This document shows, one piece after another, positions 19,003 through 29,871 of a DNA stretch of 64,000 nucleotides. Source of the stretch: an uncultured Sulfurospirillum sp. (GTDB taxonomy: Bacteria; Campylobacterota; Campylobacteria; Campylobacterales; Sulfurospirillaceae); the NCBI GenBank assembly GCA_964466465.1, contig CAYXNJ010000003.1, positions 960 to 64,959 on the forward strand. The letters are read 5' to 3'. The notes beneath the pieces are model-generated. The model saw only the letters and a list, made by a program, of their open reading frames with translations, searched no databases and was not told where the DNA came from. The first letter of the stretch is position 1. Each line of letters opens with the position of its first letter. A program made the translations under genes and the position numbers.

Positions 19003-20451
19003 TTACTTTTGTTGACTCATACGAATCGCAGCAGCAATAGCCGCAATTCTCTCATGTTTTGCCTCATCTTCTTCAAGATGCTGGATCGCATCCATTGTAA
19101 ATGTCGGAAGTTTTTTATCAAGGTACGTTGTATTGAAAACACCCTCTTTAAAATCTTCATCACGTACAATTTCACGGTGAAGTGGAATATTGGTAGGAAT
19201 ACCTGCAATAATAAACTCATCTAAGGCACGTCTTGATTTACGTACCACGCCATCCCAATCCAAACCTGTAACGATGAGTTTACCGATCATCGAGTCATAA
19301 TTGGTTGGAACAATATAGTCTTTATGCCCGATAGAGTCCATTCTAACCCCTGGACCACCTGGTGAAAGATAGGTCGAAATACGTCCTGATGAAGGGATAA
19401 AGCCATTTTTAGGATCTTCCGCGTTGATACGAAACTCTATAGCATAACCACGGAATTTAATATCTTCTTGCATGAATGGCAGCTTTTGACCTTCTGCAAT
19501 ACGAATCATACGGTAGATAATGTCCACACCAGAAATCGCTTCGGTGATAGTGTGTTCGACCTGAACACGGGTATTCATCTCGATAAAGTAGAAGTTGTCA
19601 TCTTCATCGACCAAATACTCAACCGTACCAACACTCTCATATCCTAGTTTGATCATCGCTTTTTTAGAAGTTCTAAGAAGCTCTTTTCGCACAGAATCAT
19701 TAAGGCGTGGACTTGGAGCAATTTCAACGACTTTTTGGTGTTTTCTCTGAATAGAACAGTCACGCTCCGCTAAGTGAATCACGTTGCCGTATTTGTCCGC
19801 AACAATTTGAATTTCAATATGACGAGGATTTGAGAGATATTTCTCGATAAATGCGTCACCACGTCCAAAAAAGCGCTCTGCTTCTTTGGTTGCTGCTTCA
19901 AACATCGGAATGAAATCTTCCTCTTTTTTGACGATACGCATACCTTTACCGCCACCGCCAAATGCTGCTTTGATGATAACAGGAAAGCCAATCTCTTTGG
20001 CAATTTTAACAGCATCTTCTATGTTTGTAATAGGCTCATCTGTTCCTTCAATAACAGGAACACCTACCGCTTTCATCGCAACTTTTGATGCCATTTTGTC
20101 ACCAAAAAGCGCGATATGCTCAGGCTTTGGTCCAATAAAAATAATGCCATTGTCAATACAATGTTGTGCAAAATCAGGATTTTCAGACAAAAAGCCATAC
20201 CCTGGATGAATCGCGTCCGCACCTACTCTTTTGGCCACTTCAACGATATTTTTGTAATCCAAATAGACCTGAATAGGGTCACCCTCTAGTAAAACACTCT
20301 CGTCTGCTTTACGTACCCATACACCAGTGGCATCTATTGTCGAAAAAATAGAGACGCTTTTTATATCCAGCTCTTTACAAGAGCGAATGATTCTGAGTGC
20401 TATCTCCCCACGATTAGCAATCAACACTTTCGTAATTTTCTTGGTCTCCAT
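19003..20451 (-). CDS. Biotin carboxylase (pyruvate carboxylase subunit A or AccC type)
   Basis: ANRGEIALR, HPGYGFLSEN, DCSIQRKHQK, EMNTRVQVEH and YDSMIGKL motifs. Confidence 0.93.
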   Translation of the reverse strand: METKKITKVLIANRGEIALRIIRSCKELDIKSVSIFSTIDATGVWVRKADESVLLEGDPIQVYLDYKNIVEVAKRVGADAIHPGYGFLSENPDFAQHCIDNGIIFIGPKPEHIALFGDKMASKVAMKAVGVPVIEGTDEPITNIEDAVKIAKEIGFPVIIKAAFGGGGKGMRIVKKEEDFIPMFEAATKEAERFFGRGDAFIEKYLSNPRHIEIQIVADKYGNVIHLAERDCSIQRKHQKVVEIAPSPRLNDSVRKELLRTSKKAMIKLGYESVGTVEYLVDEDDNFYFIEMNTRVQVEHTITEAISGVDIIYRMIRIAEGQKLPFMQEDIKFRGYAIEFRINAEDPKNGFIPSSGRISTYLSPGGPGVRMDSIGHKDYIVPTNYDSMIGKLIVTGLDWDGVVRKSRRALDEFIIAGIPTNIPLHREIVRDEDFKEGVFNTTYLDKKLPTFTMDAIQHLEEDEAKHERIAAIAAAIRMSQQK

Positions 20452-20543
20452 TACCAGACTCCCTCCTCAAAATAATCCGCAAATTATATCACCCAATCTT
20501 TAAACAAAACTCTGCTTTATAAACATAATTTTGACATAATTTT

Positions 20544-22403
20544 TTAAAGCCAATCTTCACGCTTGACATTCTCGTCTATATCGCGTCCCATGCGTTGATG
20601 CAATGCCCAATAATAATCTACAAATGCCTTCACAGTATGTGACTTTGGCATATAAATTCCTTCTTCTTTGAGAGCAAATTTTTCTAAAAAGAGTTTGGCA
20701 TCGCTTTTTGAAAGATAGTGCTTCAAAAGTTCTGTATAAATTTTAAGATACCATGCTTTGAGTGCTTCATATTTTTCTAACGAGAGATCTATCTGCAATT
20801 TCTCTTCAAAGCTGAGTACCCCCGTTTCAAAAAGTCCTGTAAGGTGAATCAGCCCTTCACAATAATACGGTTCCACTTCACCTGTTTTCATCCATGCGAT
20901 TAAACCGACAGAGCGCTTAATGGTATCACGTAAGAGTGCCATTTTAAGGCTTTCGTCTTCATTCATAAAAAAGGCGACAAGCCCTCCTGTTGTAGCTTTA
21001 AACTCTTCGATATTTTTAAACACACCGCTTTGATTCATCTTGGTTTCAGTGTCGTTGTCCATCCATAAAATGTGCCCAAACTCATGTCCGATGGTGCTGA
21101 CTTCATACACGTGATGCCATAAGGGCGCTTGATGGAAAATGAGTTCTCTCTCTGCATCCATAAACGCTTTTCCAAAGACCTCTTGATTGATTTTTAAAAA
21201 AGGTTTTGCGCGAAGAGAGTCTAAGATGTTATCAGAAAATGCAAAGATTTTTTTGCCCAGTTCTTGACTTACCGTTTCATCATTAGGAATCACTTGTGCT
21301 GAGAAAAGTCCATTAAATTCAGCGGCATAGAAAAACGCTGGACGTCCGATGTAGAGTTGAACACGTTTGAGATTAGAAAGCACATTCTCTTTAACTGTTA
21401 AAGCTCCTGCTCCATTTTGATCAAACAAGCGAATAAACATCTTTAAAATGCGATCAAATGTCTCATATGCACCCTTGTTCTCAGGGTTAGAAACTCTCAC
21501 GTCCCATTCAAGGGCTACGGCTTTTTTGTAGTGGTCTTCGTAGTATTCAAGAGGATGTCCGATTTGAATAGGTGCAGTAATTTTCATCCATTGACGATCC
21601 ACATCTGCCCATTTTGCGATAAGCTCGCTACGTTCCTCTTCACCAAATGCAGCATCTAGCGCTTTAAAATAGTCGATGTAAAACGCTTTTTGATCCCAAT
21701 CAGGATCTTCCATCTCGCTTAAATCATCGCATAGGCTTTGTAAGGCGTTTCTAACCTGATTGACCTCTTTAGGAAAAGCCGTAGCATAGGCTTTTGCAAC
21801 ATAACCACCCTCTACTTTCTCCAAAACAGAGTACGATCTATCGCCATCTTCACCTGTTGGAGAGGGATCAAGCAGACCTTTTTCATGCAACATCTGTGCA
21901 ATGGCTTCTGAATTTTTGTTGTATTCAAGCTCTAAGAGTGGATTGATGGTATTGATGATGTGCTCATTCCACGAAGATTGCCATGTACTCATTGCCATGC
22001 CTACTTCATGAACACCACGCAAAATGCGGCGATAAAACAGTGAAAAGAGCCACTCTTTATCGATAAGAGCGAGCAATTCAGCATGTGATTTAAGATAAAA
22101 TTCTTTTACCCAAAGATACGCTTTTTCTTTTGCCGCTGTAATAAAGACCTCATCTTTTCCCTCTTTTTCTAGGGCTTGTACCATCTGTTCATCACGAAGA
22201 TTGATCAAACGTGTTAAGGCAGCTACTCTATTTTCGCGAATCAACGAAAGCTCAATACTCTCTAAAAATATATCAATAAACGCCTCAATGCGCTTGTCAT
22301 AATCCTCAGACTCTACAATACTAAAATAACTCCCTAATGCTCTTTGGCGCTCACCTAAAAGTTCATAAAACCGTTTTAAATCATTTTCAAATTTTTGACT
22401 CAT
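20544..22403 (-). CDS. ciaB: CiaB (Campylobacter invasion antigen B) homolog with metallopeptidase motifs
   Basis: 619 aa; IQIGHPLEYYEDHYKKAVALEWD, AQVIPNDE, HEFGH and EEFKATTGGL motifs. Confidence 0.85.
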   Translation of the reverse strand: MSQKFENDLKRFYELLGERQRALGSYFSIVESEDYDKRIEAFIDIFLESIELSLIRENRVAALTRLINLRDEQMVQALEKEGKDEVFITAAKEKAYLWVKEFYLKSHAELLALIDKEWLFSLFYRRILRGVHEVGMAMSTWQSSWNEHIINTINPLLELEYNKNSEAIAQMLHEKGLLDPSPTGEDGDRSYSVLEKVEGGYVAKAYATAFPKEVNQVRNALQSLCDDLSEMEDPDWDQKAFYIDYFKALDAAFGEEERSELIAKWADVDRQWMKITAPIQIGHPLEYYEDHYKKAVALEWDVRVSNPENKGAYETFDRILKMFIRLFDQNGAGALTVKENVLSNLKRVQLYIGRPAFFYAAEFNGLFSAQVIPNDETVSQELGKKIFAFSDNILDSLRAKPFLKINQEVFGKAFMDAERELIFHQAPLWHHVYEVSTIGHEFGHILWMDNDTETKMNQSGVFKNIEEFKATTGGLVAFFMNEDESLKMALLRDTIKRSVGLIAWMKTGEVEPYYCEGLIHLTGLFETGVLSFEEKLQIDLSLEKYEALKAWYLKIYTELLKHYLSKSDAKLFLEKFALKEEGIYMPKSHTVKAFVDYYWALHQRMGRDIDENVKREDWL

Positions 22404-22516
22404 CTGTATTCTCTCATTCTTTTCGTGTTTTTTTAAGTATAATTTTATCTCCCCTTATATCATGAAGAGATTAAATGGGTATTAAGAAAATGAGCACTCT
22501 TTAAAGGAAGTAAACA

Positions 22517-23644
22517 ATGATCAGCCGTTATGAATCCATTAACACCTACCTTAATCGAGGCATTATTGAGGCAAACATAGCCTATGCAAAGATGCACCAA
22601 AGCTCTTTTTCAATCGTTAAATTTGGATTTGATGTGGACTTGGAAGATGGTTTCTTTTTTAAAGACCTGATAGCCTTTATCCACACTGAACTTGGCTTTC
22701 ACACCCTCTTGCAGCAAGGGTGCGACACATTTTTAATCATTCTTCGCGATATTAAAATCCATCATGCCAAAAAAGTGCTCAAAAAGTTAGAACACAACAT
22801 CAAACAAAATTTTAAAATCGAGATTAAAAACATTGGTATCACGCTTTTTGATGCCACAGATTCCTACAAAAGCCTGCTGGATCGTTTGGATAAATACTAT
22901 GTTATGTCACGCCTCTCAACCCGCAAAAAAATCTTTTATGGCACATTGGATTTTGACTTTTACGAAACCCAAAATAAAAACGATGTACTTGCTTCTATTT
23001 TACGCAAAGAAAAAACGGTCACCTTACACAATCTTTACAATGGCATTCCCATCAAAGAAGAGGCAACCATTGCAAAATTTGACGAGGGAATTGCACAACT
23101 TAAAATCACAACGCCTAAGATTTTTTACTATACCAAAGAGAGTTTTACGTTTATTCAGCATGATAAAATACCAAGCATCATCAAAGCAAAAATCATCAAG
23201 GTTGACCCTGCAAAATCCTTGGTAGTACTTGCTAATTTAGAATTTTTAGATGCTTCACCACTCGATCGTAGTTACATCAGGGTACAACCTCAAAAACCTA
23301 TCAATGCAACACTTCTCCTTAATAAAATCAAACTCATTGATGGTACACTGGATACCATTTCAGAGAGTTCCGTTGTGTTGCATGTCAAATTGACAGATAT
23401 TGAGAAAATTATTCATAAAGATCTTATAGAGCGAGACTTTGACATTGCTTTTCAAATACCAACGGAAAAAGGTTTTTTAACGATGATTTCGGCGAAAGCA
23501 ACTATTTTTAGCATTATCAACGAAACCATTGTCATTAACATTCAACCCAATACGTTTATGAAATCCAAAATCAAACAATACGTCGCAATGCGACAGAACG
23601 CTTTATTGGTGGACTTAAGGCAGCAGCTTAAACATATGAGCTAG
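22517..23644 (+). CDS. Degenerate GGDEF-like domain fused to a PilZ-like C-terminus
   Basis: SIGIT-like IGITLFD..DSYKSLLDRLD in the N-terminus, no GGDEF motif; RSYIR (RxxxR) followed by DTISES. Confidence 0.6.
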   Translation: MISRYESINTYLNRGIIEANIAYAKMHQSSFSIVKFGFDVDLEDGFFFKDLIAFIHTELGFHTLLQQGCDTFLIILRDIKIHHAKKVLKKLEHNIKQNFKIEIKNIGITLFDATDSYKSLLDRLDKYYVMSRLSTRKKIFYGTLDFDFYETQNKNDVLASILRKEKTVTLHNLYNGIPIKEEATIAKFDEGIAQLKITTPKIFYYTKESFTFIQHDKIPSIIKAKIIKVDPAKSLVVLANLEFLDASPLDRSYIRVQPQKPINATLLLNKIKLIDGTLDTISESSVVLHVKLTDIEKIIHKDLIERDFDIAFQIPTEKGFLTMISAKATIFSIINETIVINIQPNTFMKSKIKQYVAMRQNALLVDLRQQLKHMS

Positions 23645-23711
23645 CAAGGCAACTGAGATATTTAGTAGATTTAAAGTGAATTTATACTACATTTCTCACC
23701 TGCAATAAATC

Positions 23712-23728
23712 ATTACAATTCGATTACA
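23712..23728 (-). promoter_or_regulatory. Reverse-oriented Pho-box-like direct repeat in the pit leader
   Basis: ATTACA-attcg-ATTACA (11-bp period) between a TATACT -10 (23683-23688) and the AAGGA RBS. Confidence 0.55.
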
Positions 23729-23740
23729 TAAAGGAAATGT

Positions 23741-25348
23741 ATGGAGTTAAAATCCATCAAAGATGTTCAAAAAGCAGAGAGCTTTGGACTCAACGACCTC
23801 ATGAAACTTGTCGGCGCAATCATTTTTATCCTCCTCGTTATTTGGTATGTCACAACACTTTCAAATGATATTCCTAATAAAAATATTCTCATCATTACCG
23901 CTATTTTTGGTGGTTACATGGCGATTAACATTGGAGCAAATGATGTTGCCAACAATGTAGGACCTGCTGTAGGTGCACAGGCGCTGACCATTTTTGGAGC
24001 CATTATCATTGCAGCGATTTTTGAGGCTGCTGGCTCACTCATCGCAGGTGGTGATGTTGTAGGAACCATCAAAAACGGTATTATTGACCCTAAAATGATT
24101 CAAGACACTAACACTTTTATCTGGCTGATGATGGCAGCTTTGCTTGCAGGTGCGATTTGGCTGAACCTTGCTACTGCTTTTGGAGCACCTGTTTCTACAA
24201 CTCATGCCATCGTTGGTGGCGTTGCAGGTGCAGGTATGGCGGCAGCGGGACTTGATGTTGTAAACTGGTCTAAAATGGGTGAAATTGTCTTTAGCTGGGT
24301 ACTCTCTCCGTTTCTTGGAGGCGTTGTCGCAGCGGGATTTCTTTATTTTATTAAACAAAGTGTCATTTACCAAGACAATATGCAAGAAGCCGCACGAAAA
24401 GTTGTTCCATGGATGATTGCCATTATGACATGGTCTTTTGGTACTTATATCATCCTTAAGGGCGTACAGCAGCTCATTAAAGTAAACTTCTTTACGGCAT
24501 CAGCCATCAGCCTTGTTTTTGCTATCATTACCTTTTTCTTGGTTAAATCTTCTATTTCACGTAACGAAGAGATGCAAAATACCAGAGAGTCTATTAACAA
24601 ATATTTTAATATTCCTCTCATTTTCTCCGCAGCACTTCTAAGCTTTGCACATGGAGCGAACGATGTTGCGAATGCCGTTGGACCTTTGGCGGGTATTTAT
24701 GACGCATTGACCACAGGTGGCATTTCCACCAAAGCGGGCATTCCTATTTGGGTTATGCTAGTAGGTGCGTTAGGCATTGTTGTCGGTCTAGGACTTTATG
24801 GACCAAGGCTCATTAAAACAGTTGGCAGTGAAATTACAGAGCTTGATCAAATCCGTGCTTTTTGTGTCGCCATGTCAGCAGCACTTACGGTTATCATCGC
24901 TTCACAAATGGGGCTGCCTGTTAGCTCCACTCACATTGCGGTAGGTGCTGTCTTTGGCGTAGGTTTTTTACGTGAATATTTGATGAAAGACCATGTCAAA
25001 GAGACTGAAGAAGAGCTAAAACAACATAAACTCGACGATGAAATGCAAAAACTTGAAGAGTACAAACACTCTCTTGAATCTCTTGGAAAACTCAAAAAAG
25101 TGGATCCTATTTTAGTCAAAACACTTATGACAAAAATTAATGAAGAAAAAGCCATTATCAGCCATATTTATGAAGGTGAATTGGAGTTAAGTAAGGTCGA
25201 GAAAAAAGCACTTAAAGCTGTTCGTAAACATGAACTGGTTAAACGCTCAGCATTAAAAATGATCCTTGCAGCATGGCTTATTACTGTTCCTGCGTCTGCA
25301 CTTTTAGCTGCTATTTTTTACTTTATGATTCGAGGAATGCTTCTGTAG
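23741..25348 (+). CDS. PiT-family inorganic phosphate transporter
   Basis: GANDVAN (twice) and PVSTTH/PVSSTH signatures. Confidence 0.93.
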   Translation: MELKSIKDVQKAESFGLNDLMKLVGAIIFILLVIWYVTTLSNDIPNKNILIITAIFGGYMAINIGANDVANNVGPAVGAQALTIFGAIIIAAIFEAAGSLIAGGDVVGTIKNGIIDPKMIQDTNTFIWLMMAALLAGAIWLNLATAFGAPVSTTHAIVGGVAGAGMAAAGLDVVNWSKMGEIVFSWVLSPFLGGVVAAGFLYFIKQSVIYQDNMQEAARKVVPWMIAIMTWSFGTYIILKGVQQLIKVNFFTASAISLVFAIITFFLVKSSISRNEEMQNTRESINKYFNIPLIFSAALLSFAHGANDVANAVGPLAGIYDALTTGGISTKAGIPIWVMLVGALGIVVGLGLYGPRLIKTVGSEITELDQIRAFCVAMSAALTVIIASQMGLPVSSTHIAVGAVFGVGFLREYLMKDHVKETEEELKQHKLDDEMQKLEEYKHSLESLGKLKKVDPILVKTLMTKINEEKAIISHIYEGELELSKVEKKALKAVRKHELVKRSALKMILAAWLITVPASALLAAIFYFMIRGMLL

Positions 25349-25354
25349 TTTTTG

Positions 25355-25383
25355 AAGGCTTAGCATTAAATGTGCTAAGCCTT
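25355..25383. terminator. Hairpin after pit
   Basis: AAGGCTTAGCA-ttaaatg-TGCTAAGCCTT. Confidence 0.65.
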
Positions 25384-25450
25384 ATCTTCATTTTCTAGTC
25401 TTAACTAGTGCTCATCTTCGATGAGACAACCCAAAGGAAACCCCTACTTC

Positions 25451-26704
25451 ATGTTATTTTCACAACTCAACCTTAGTGCACCTATTTTAAAAGCAATTGC
25501 TGATGAAGGCTACACAAACCCAACACCTGTGCAAGAAAAAGCCATTCCACCTATCTTAGAAGGTCGCGATATGCTTGCGGGTGCACAAACAGGAACAGGT
25601 AAGACCGCTGGTTTTACACTTCCTATCTTAGAGCTTCTCTCAAAAAAGCCTCACAGTAAGGGCAAGCCTCTTCTTCGCGTGCTTATTCTCACACCAACCC
25701 GTGAACTTGCGGCGCAAGTGGGTGAGAGTGTCAAAACCTATGGCAAATACCTGCCATTTAAAAGTGCGGTTATTTTTGGAGGCGTTGGGATTCATCCACA
25801 AATTCAAGCACTGCGTTCTGGCATTGACATCCTTGTGGCAACACCTGGACGTTTGTTAGATCATGTTTCGCAAGGCACTATCGATCTTAAACACATCGAC
25901 ACGTTTGTTCTTGATGAAGCAGACCGTATGCTTGACATGGGCTTTATCAAAGATATTCGCCGAGTCATCGCCCTACTTCCCGCAAAACGACAAAACCTGC
26001 TCTTTTCAGCGACCTACTCGGATGATATTAAAAAACTCTGCGAATCGATCTTGAAAAACCCAGCGATTGTCGAAGTCGCACGTCGTAACACCTCCAGTGA
26101 ACTTGTTAACCAACGTGTCATTATGGTTGATTGTAAACGCAAAACCGCACTTTTAGGTAAGCTCATTGCTGAAAACAGATGGGAGCAGGTGCTTGTGTTT
26201 ACCCGCACCAAACACCATGCTAACAAAGTCTCTGAGTACCTTATCAAAATCGGCATCAGCTCCGCTGCCATTCATGGCAATAAAAGCCAAAGTGCTAGAA
26301 CAAAAGCTCTGAGTGATTTTAAAAATGGTGCGATTAAAGTGCTTGTTGCAACAGACATTGCCGCACGTGGTCTTGACATCGACCAACTGCCACATGTGGT
26401 TAACTTAGAACTTCCAAACATAGCAGAAGACTATGTGCACCGCATCGGCAGGACAGGACGTGCAGGCAATAATGGTGAAGCCATCTCGTTGGTATGTGTG
26501 GACGAGCATGAGTATCTAGCGGGAATTGAAAAACTGACCAATCGTAAATTTAAACGCGAAACCATCGAAGGGTTTGAGCCAGACCCAAGTATTAAAGCAG
26601 AACCAATTCAGCAACGAAGAGGACAAAAGCCCCAAGGTCAACCCAAACGTAGAGACAATGCGCCTCGTGAATACGTCGAGAAACGAAGAGATAAACAGCG
26701 ATGA
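25451..26704 (+). CDS. rhlE: DEAD-box RNA helicase (RhlE-like)
   Basis: [21 protein letters not shown] and [10 protein letters not shown] motifs. Confidence 0.9.
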   Translation: MLFSQLNLSAPILKAIADEGYTNPTPVQEKAIPPILEGRDMLAGAQTGTGKTAGFTLPILELLSKKPHSKGKPLLRVLILTPTRELAAQVGESVKTYGKYLPFKSAVIFGGVGIHPQIQALRSGIDILVATPGRLLDHVSQGTIDLKHIDTFVLDEADRMLDMGFIKDIRRVIALLPAKRQNLLFSATYSDDIKKLCESILKNPAIVEVARRNTSSELVNQRVIMVDCKRKTALLGKLIAENRWEQVLVFTRTKHHANKVSEYLIKIGISSAAIHGNKSQSARTKALSDFKNGAIKVLVATDIAARGLDIDQLPHVVNLELPNIAEDYVHRIGRTGRAGNNGEAISLVCVDEHEYLAGIEKLTNRKFKRETIEGFEPDPSIKAEPIQQRRGQKPQGQPKRRDNAPREYVEKRRDKQR

Positions 26705-27156
26705 TAATCTACGTCGATGCCGATGCCTTTCCCAATGCACTCAAAGAGATTTTACTTCGAGCCGTGCTAAAGCGAGGCATCACAACACACTTTATCGCCA
26801 ATAAAAAAATACCCCTTCAAGACTCTGCTCTACTTAGCATGATTATCGTCTCACAAGGTGCAGACGAAGCGGATCACTACATCGTAGAACACGCACAAAA
26901 TTCAGACTTGGTCATCACAGCAGACATCCCCTTAGCCGACCGACTGGTCAGCAAAGGCGTGCTTGCGCTTGATCCAAGAGGGACGATTTACGATGAAAGT
27001 AACATCAAAAGCTTGCTTGCTATGCGAAACTTGATGCAAGAGCTCAGGGACGCTGGAGAGATAACAGGAGGGCCGAGTGCGATTGGCGAAAAGCAAAAAC
27101 GCGCTTTCGCCGATGCACTCAATGCACTTTTGCAGAAAATACCTCTAAAACGTTAA
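26701..27156 (+). CDS. YaiI/YqxD (UPF0178) family protein
   Basis: IYVDADA, DEAD.YI and [11 protein letters not shown] motifs. Confidence 0.88.
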   Translation: MIIYVDADAFPNALKEILLRAVLKRGITTHFIANKKIPLQDSALLSMIIVSQGADEADHYIVEHAQNSDLVITADIPLADRLVSKGVLALDPRGTIYDESNIKSLLAMRNLMQELRDAGEITGGPSAIGEKQKRAFADALNALLQKIPLKR

Positions 27157-27758
27157 CGTCTTTCCAATGCGTAGTGCTCCAAATGTTGAAGTGACGCTTG
27201 GTGCATTTGGATGTAGGGATTTTCACTGCTTCCCACATATGCAAAAAGAGGCAATCCTAGAATTTCCCCTACATAGGAGAAGTGTTCATCATGCTTAATA
27301 CTTTCAAGAAATTCCCGTGTAGCCTCTCGTTTTGCGAAAAAATTTTCAAGCCTTTTAGTGTAAAAGTCATCGCTTAGTTTTCCATCTTTGCAAATTACTT
27401 TACCTCCATCTTGACTGATAGAAGGACACGCTGTGTCCACCAAAATATGCTCAAAATAAGGACTAACAGGATAAAGCTTACATGCAGGTGTTCTATGCTC
27501 ATAAATACTGCATTGCTTATCGACGTAGTAACGACAATGCCCTTTTCCATCATTAAGCAGTACATAGACAACCAACTCACCATCATTGATACTAAATAAA
27601 ATTGGAAAATGCTTATAAACCTCTTCAAAATCCTCTAAAATGAGCGGAGAGGCCGCGAAACCTTTAGCACCGTTGCAACACATACCCTCACATGTTGAGC
27701 AACCGCTAAAAAAGAGATTATGTTTTTTGATATTGACAAAACTTCCAATGCTTTCCAT
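27153..27758 (-). CDS. YkgJ-family cysteine-cluster protein
   Basis: CSTCEGMCC, C..Y...QCSIYEHRTPACKLYP motifs. Confidence 0.8.
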   Translation of the reverse strand: MESIGSFVNIKKHNLFFSGCSTCEGMCCNGAKGFAASPLILEDFEEVYKHFPILFSINDGELVVYVLLNDGKGHCRYYVDKQCSIYEHRTPACKLYPVSPYFEHILVDTACPSISQDGGKVICKDGKLSDDFYTKRLENFFAKREATREFLESIKHDEHFSYVGEILGLPLFAYVGSSENPYIQMHQASLQHLEHYALERR

Positions 27759-27863
27759 CTAAACTCACTTTGCGTTAAACTGTATGACCACCTATAAAGC
27801 ATTTTCAATTCCATATAAGTAGTTTTGAAAAAGTGTTGTTTCACTTTAGATGGAGCTTTGTCA

Positions 27864-28688
27864 TTACCCAAAACGACCAGTGATGTAATCTTCGGTTTTC
27901 TTCTCTTTTGGATTAACAAAGAGTGTTTTAGCATCAGAGTATTCGATGAGATTTCCCATATGGAAAAACGCCGTATAATCGGCTATACGTGCGGCTTGTT
28001 GCATGTTGTGTGTGACGATAACAATCGTATAGTTCTTCTTCAAATCAAGCATCAAGTTCTCGATCTTCTCCGTTGAAATCGGATCAAGTGCGCTTGTTGG
28101 CTCATCCATCAAAATAACATCAGGCTCAACCGCAATCGCGCGTGCGATACACAAACGCTGTTGTTGTCCACCTGAGAGTGCCGTTCCAGGGTCTTTGAGT
28201 TTATCTTTGACTTCTTCCCAAAGGTTTGCCCCTTTTAAAGCTCGCTCGACCAGCTCATCGCACTCTTTACCCTTTTTAACGATGTCGTGCATCAAAGGTG
28301 CGTAAGCGATGTTCTCATAAATGCTTTTAGGAAAAGGATTTGGTTGTTGAAACACCATGCCCACACGTTTACGAACAGCAACCACGTCGATGTCTTTGTC
28401 ATAAATGTCATGCCCATCAATGCCGATGTAGCCTTCAACTCTACACCCTTGCACAAGGTCATTCATACGATTGATACAACGTAAAAAAGTAGATTTTCCA
28501 CAACCACTTGGTCCAATAAGCGCAGTGATTTTTTTGGTATAAATATCCATGTTAATAGAGTTTAAGGCTTGTTTTTCGCCATAAAAAAGGTTCAGATTTT
28601 TCACTTCAATTTTGACCGTTTCTTTAGCTGCATTGCTCTCTTCGCGATCCATCATTGCTGTATGTATAAAACCATTTTCCATTGTCAT
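27864..28688 (-). CDS. pstB: Phosphate ABC transporter ATPase
   Basis: [25 protein letters not shown] and DEPTSALDP motifs; TAATG coupling with pstA. Confidence 0.96.
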   Translation of the reverse strand: MTMENGFIHTAMMDREESNAAKETVKIEVKNLNLFYGEKQALNSINMDIYTKKITALIGPSGCGKSTFLRCINRMNDLVQGCRVEGYIGIDGHDIYDKDIDVVAVRKRVGMVFQQPNPFPKSIYENIAYAPLMHDIVKKGKECDELVERALKGANLWEEVKDKLKDPGTALSGGQQQRLCIARAIAVEPDVILMDEPTSALDPISTEKIENLMLDLKKNYTIVIVTHNMQQAARIADYTAFFHMGNLIEYSDAKTLFVNPKEKKTEDYITGRFG

Positions 28689-29860
28689 TACCACTTTCTT
28701 TCAAATTTTTTTCGTAAATAAATTGCCACGGCATTCAGAGATAACAAAAGCACCAACAAAACGATGATCGCTGCTGCCGTTCGCTCCAAATAGGCTTTTT
28801 CAGGCATCCCTGCCCATGTAAAGATTTGTGCAGGAAGCACGGTTGCCGCGTCACTAAAACTGGTCGCGGCATCGGGTACAAAGGCGATCATTCCTACGAT
28901 GATGAGGGGTGCTGTCTCACCGATAGCACGGGCTATGGAGATGATAGAGCCTGTCAAAATACCTGGCATCGCAACAGGTAAAACATGGTCGCGTACGATC
29001 TGCCATTTAGTCAGCCCAAGCCCAAAGCCTGCTTGACGAATACTGGCAGGAACAGACTTTAAAGCGGCTTTAGAGCTTACGATGATGACAGGCAAACTCA
29101 TCAAAGCCAACGTCATACCGCCTACGAGTGGAGAGCTTCTTGGTACGCCAAAGAAGTTGATGAAAATCGCCAAGCCTAAAAGACCAAATAAAATGGAAGG
29201 AATCGCTGCAAGGTTGTTGATATTGACTTCGATGATGTGGGTGAGTTTATTTTCTGTTGCAAACTCTTCAAGGTAAATCGCTGTCATAACACCGATAGGA
29301 AAAGCAATAGCAATGGTGACAATCATCGTAAGTAAACTTCCGATAATCGCAGAGTAAATACCTGAATTTTCAGGGATTTTGGAATCACCTGAGAGAAGGA
29401 AAAGCGTGTTGAATTTTAACTCCACTTTCCCATCATTTTTAAGCTCATCCACATACGCTCTATCTCTTTGTGACGTGCGAGACTCTTTGCCTTTAAGGTA
29501 CTGATCGACTTCAGAGTTGGCAAGCGCCCAAAACTCTTGTTTGGTATTCATCCATACTGGATTGGCTTTAATCAAAAGAGGAAGATCTCTTAGCCATGCA
29601 CGACTGATGATTTTGAGTTGTTTGCCATTTACCGCACCGTAAGGATTCTCTACAACCTCTTCGTTAATGTTGAGCTCTATTTTGACATACGTTTGCATAA
29701 AAGCAGGGTAGCCAGAACGTGCGATATCCACAAGGAAAAAGACCAAAAAAGAGATGGAAAAAACGATCGAGAAAATCGTAAGCCCTTTAAAAATAGCCGC
29801 TTTTTGGTTACGTCTTTTAATCTGTGGAATGTAAAAATAGTTGTCGTTTTTTTCTTGCAT
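28688..29860 (-). CDS. pstA: Phosphate ABC transporter permease
   Basis: [11 protein letters not shown] and ARAIGETAP motifs. Confidence 0.95.
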   Translation of the reverse strand: MQEKNDNYFYIPQIKRRNQKAAIFKGLTIFSIVFSISFLVFFLVDIARSGYPAFMQTYVKIELNINEEVVENPYGAVNGKQLKIISRAWLRDLPLLIKANPVWMNTKQEFWALANSEVDQYLKGKESRTSQRDRAYVDELKNDGKVELKFNTLFLLSGDSKIPENSGIYSAIIGSLLTMIVTIAIAFPIGVMTAIYLEEFATENKLTHIIEVNINNLAAIPSILFGLLGLAIFINFFGVPRSSPLVGGMTLALMSLPVIIVSSKAALKSVPASIRQAGFGLGLTKWQIVRDHVLPVAMPGILTGSIISIARAIGETAPLIIVGMIAFVPDAATSFSDAATVLPAQIFTWAGMPEKAYLERTAAAIIVLLVLLLSLNAVAIYLRKKFERKW

Positions 29861-29871
29861 TGCTTAAGCCC

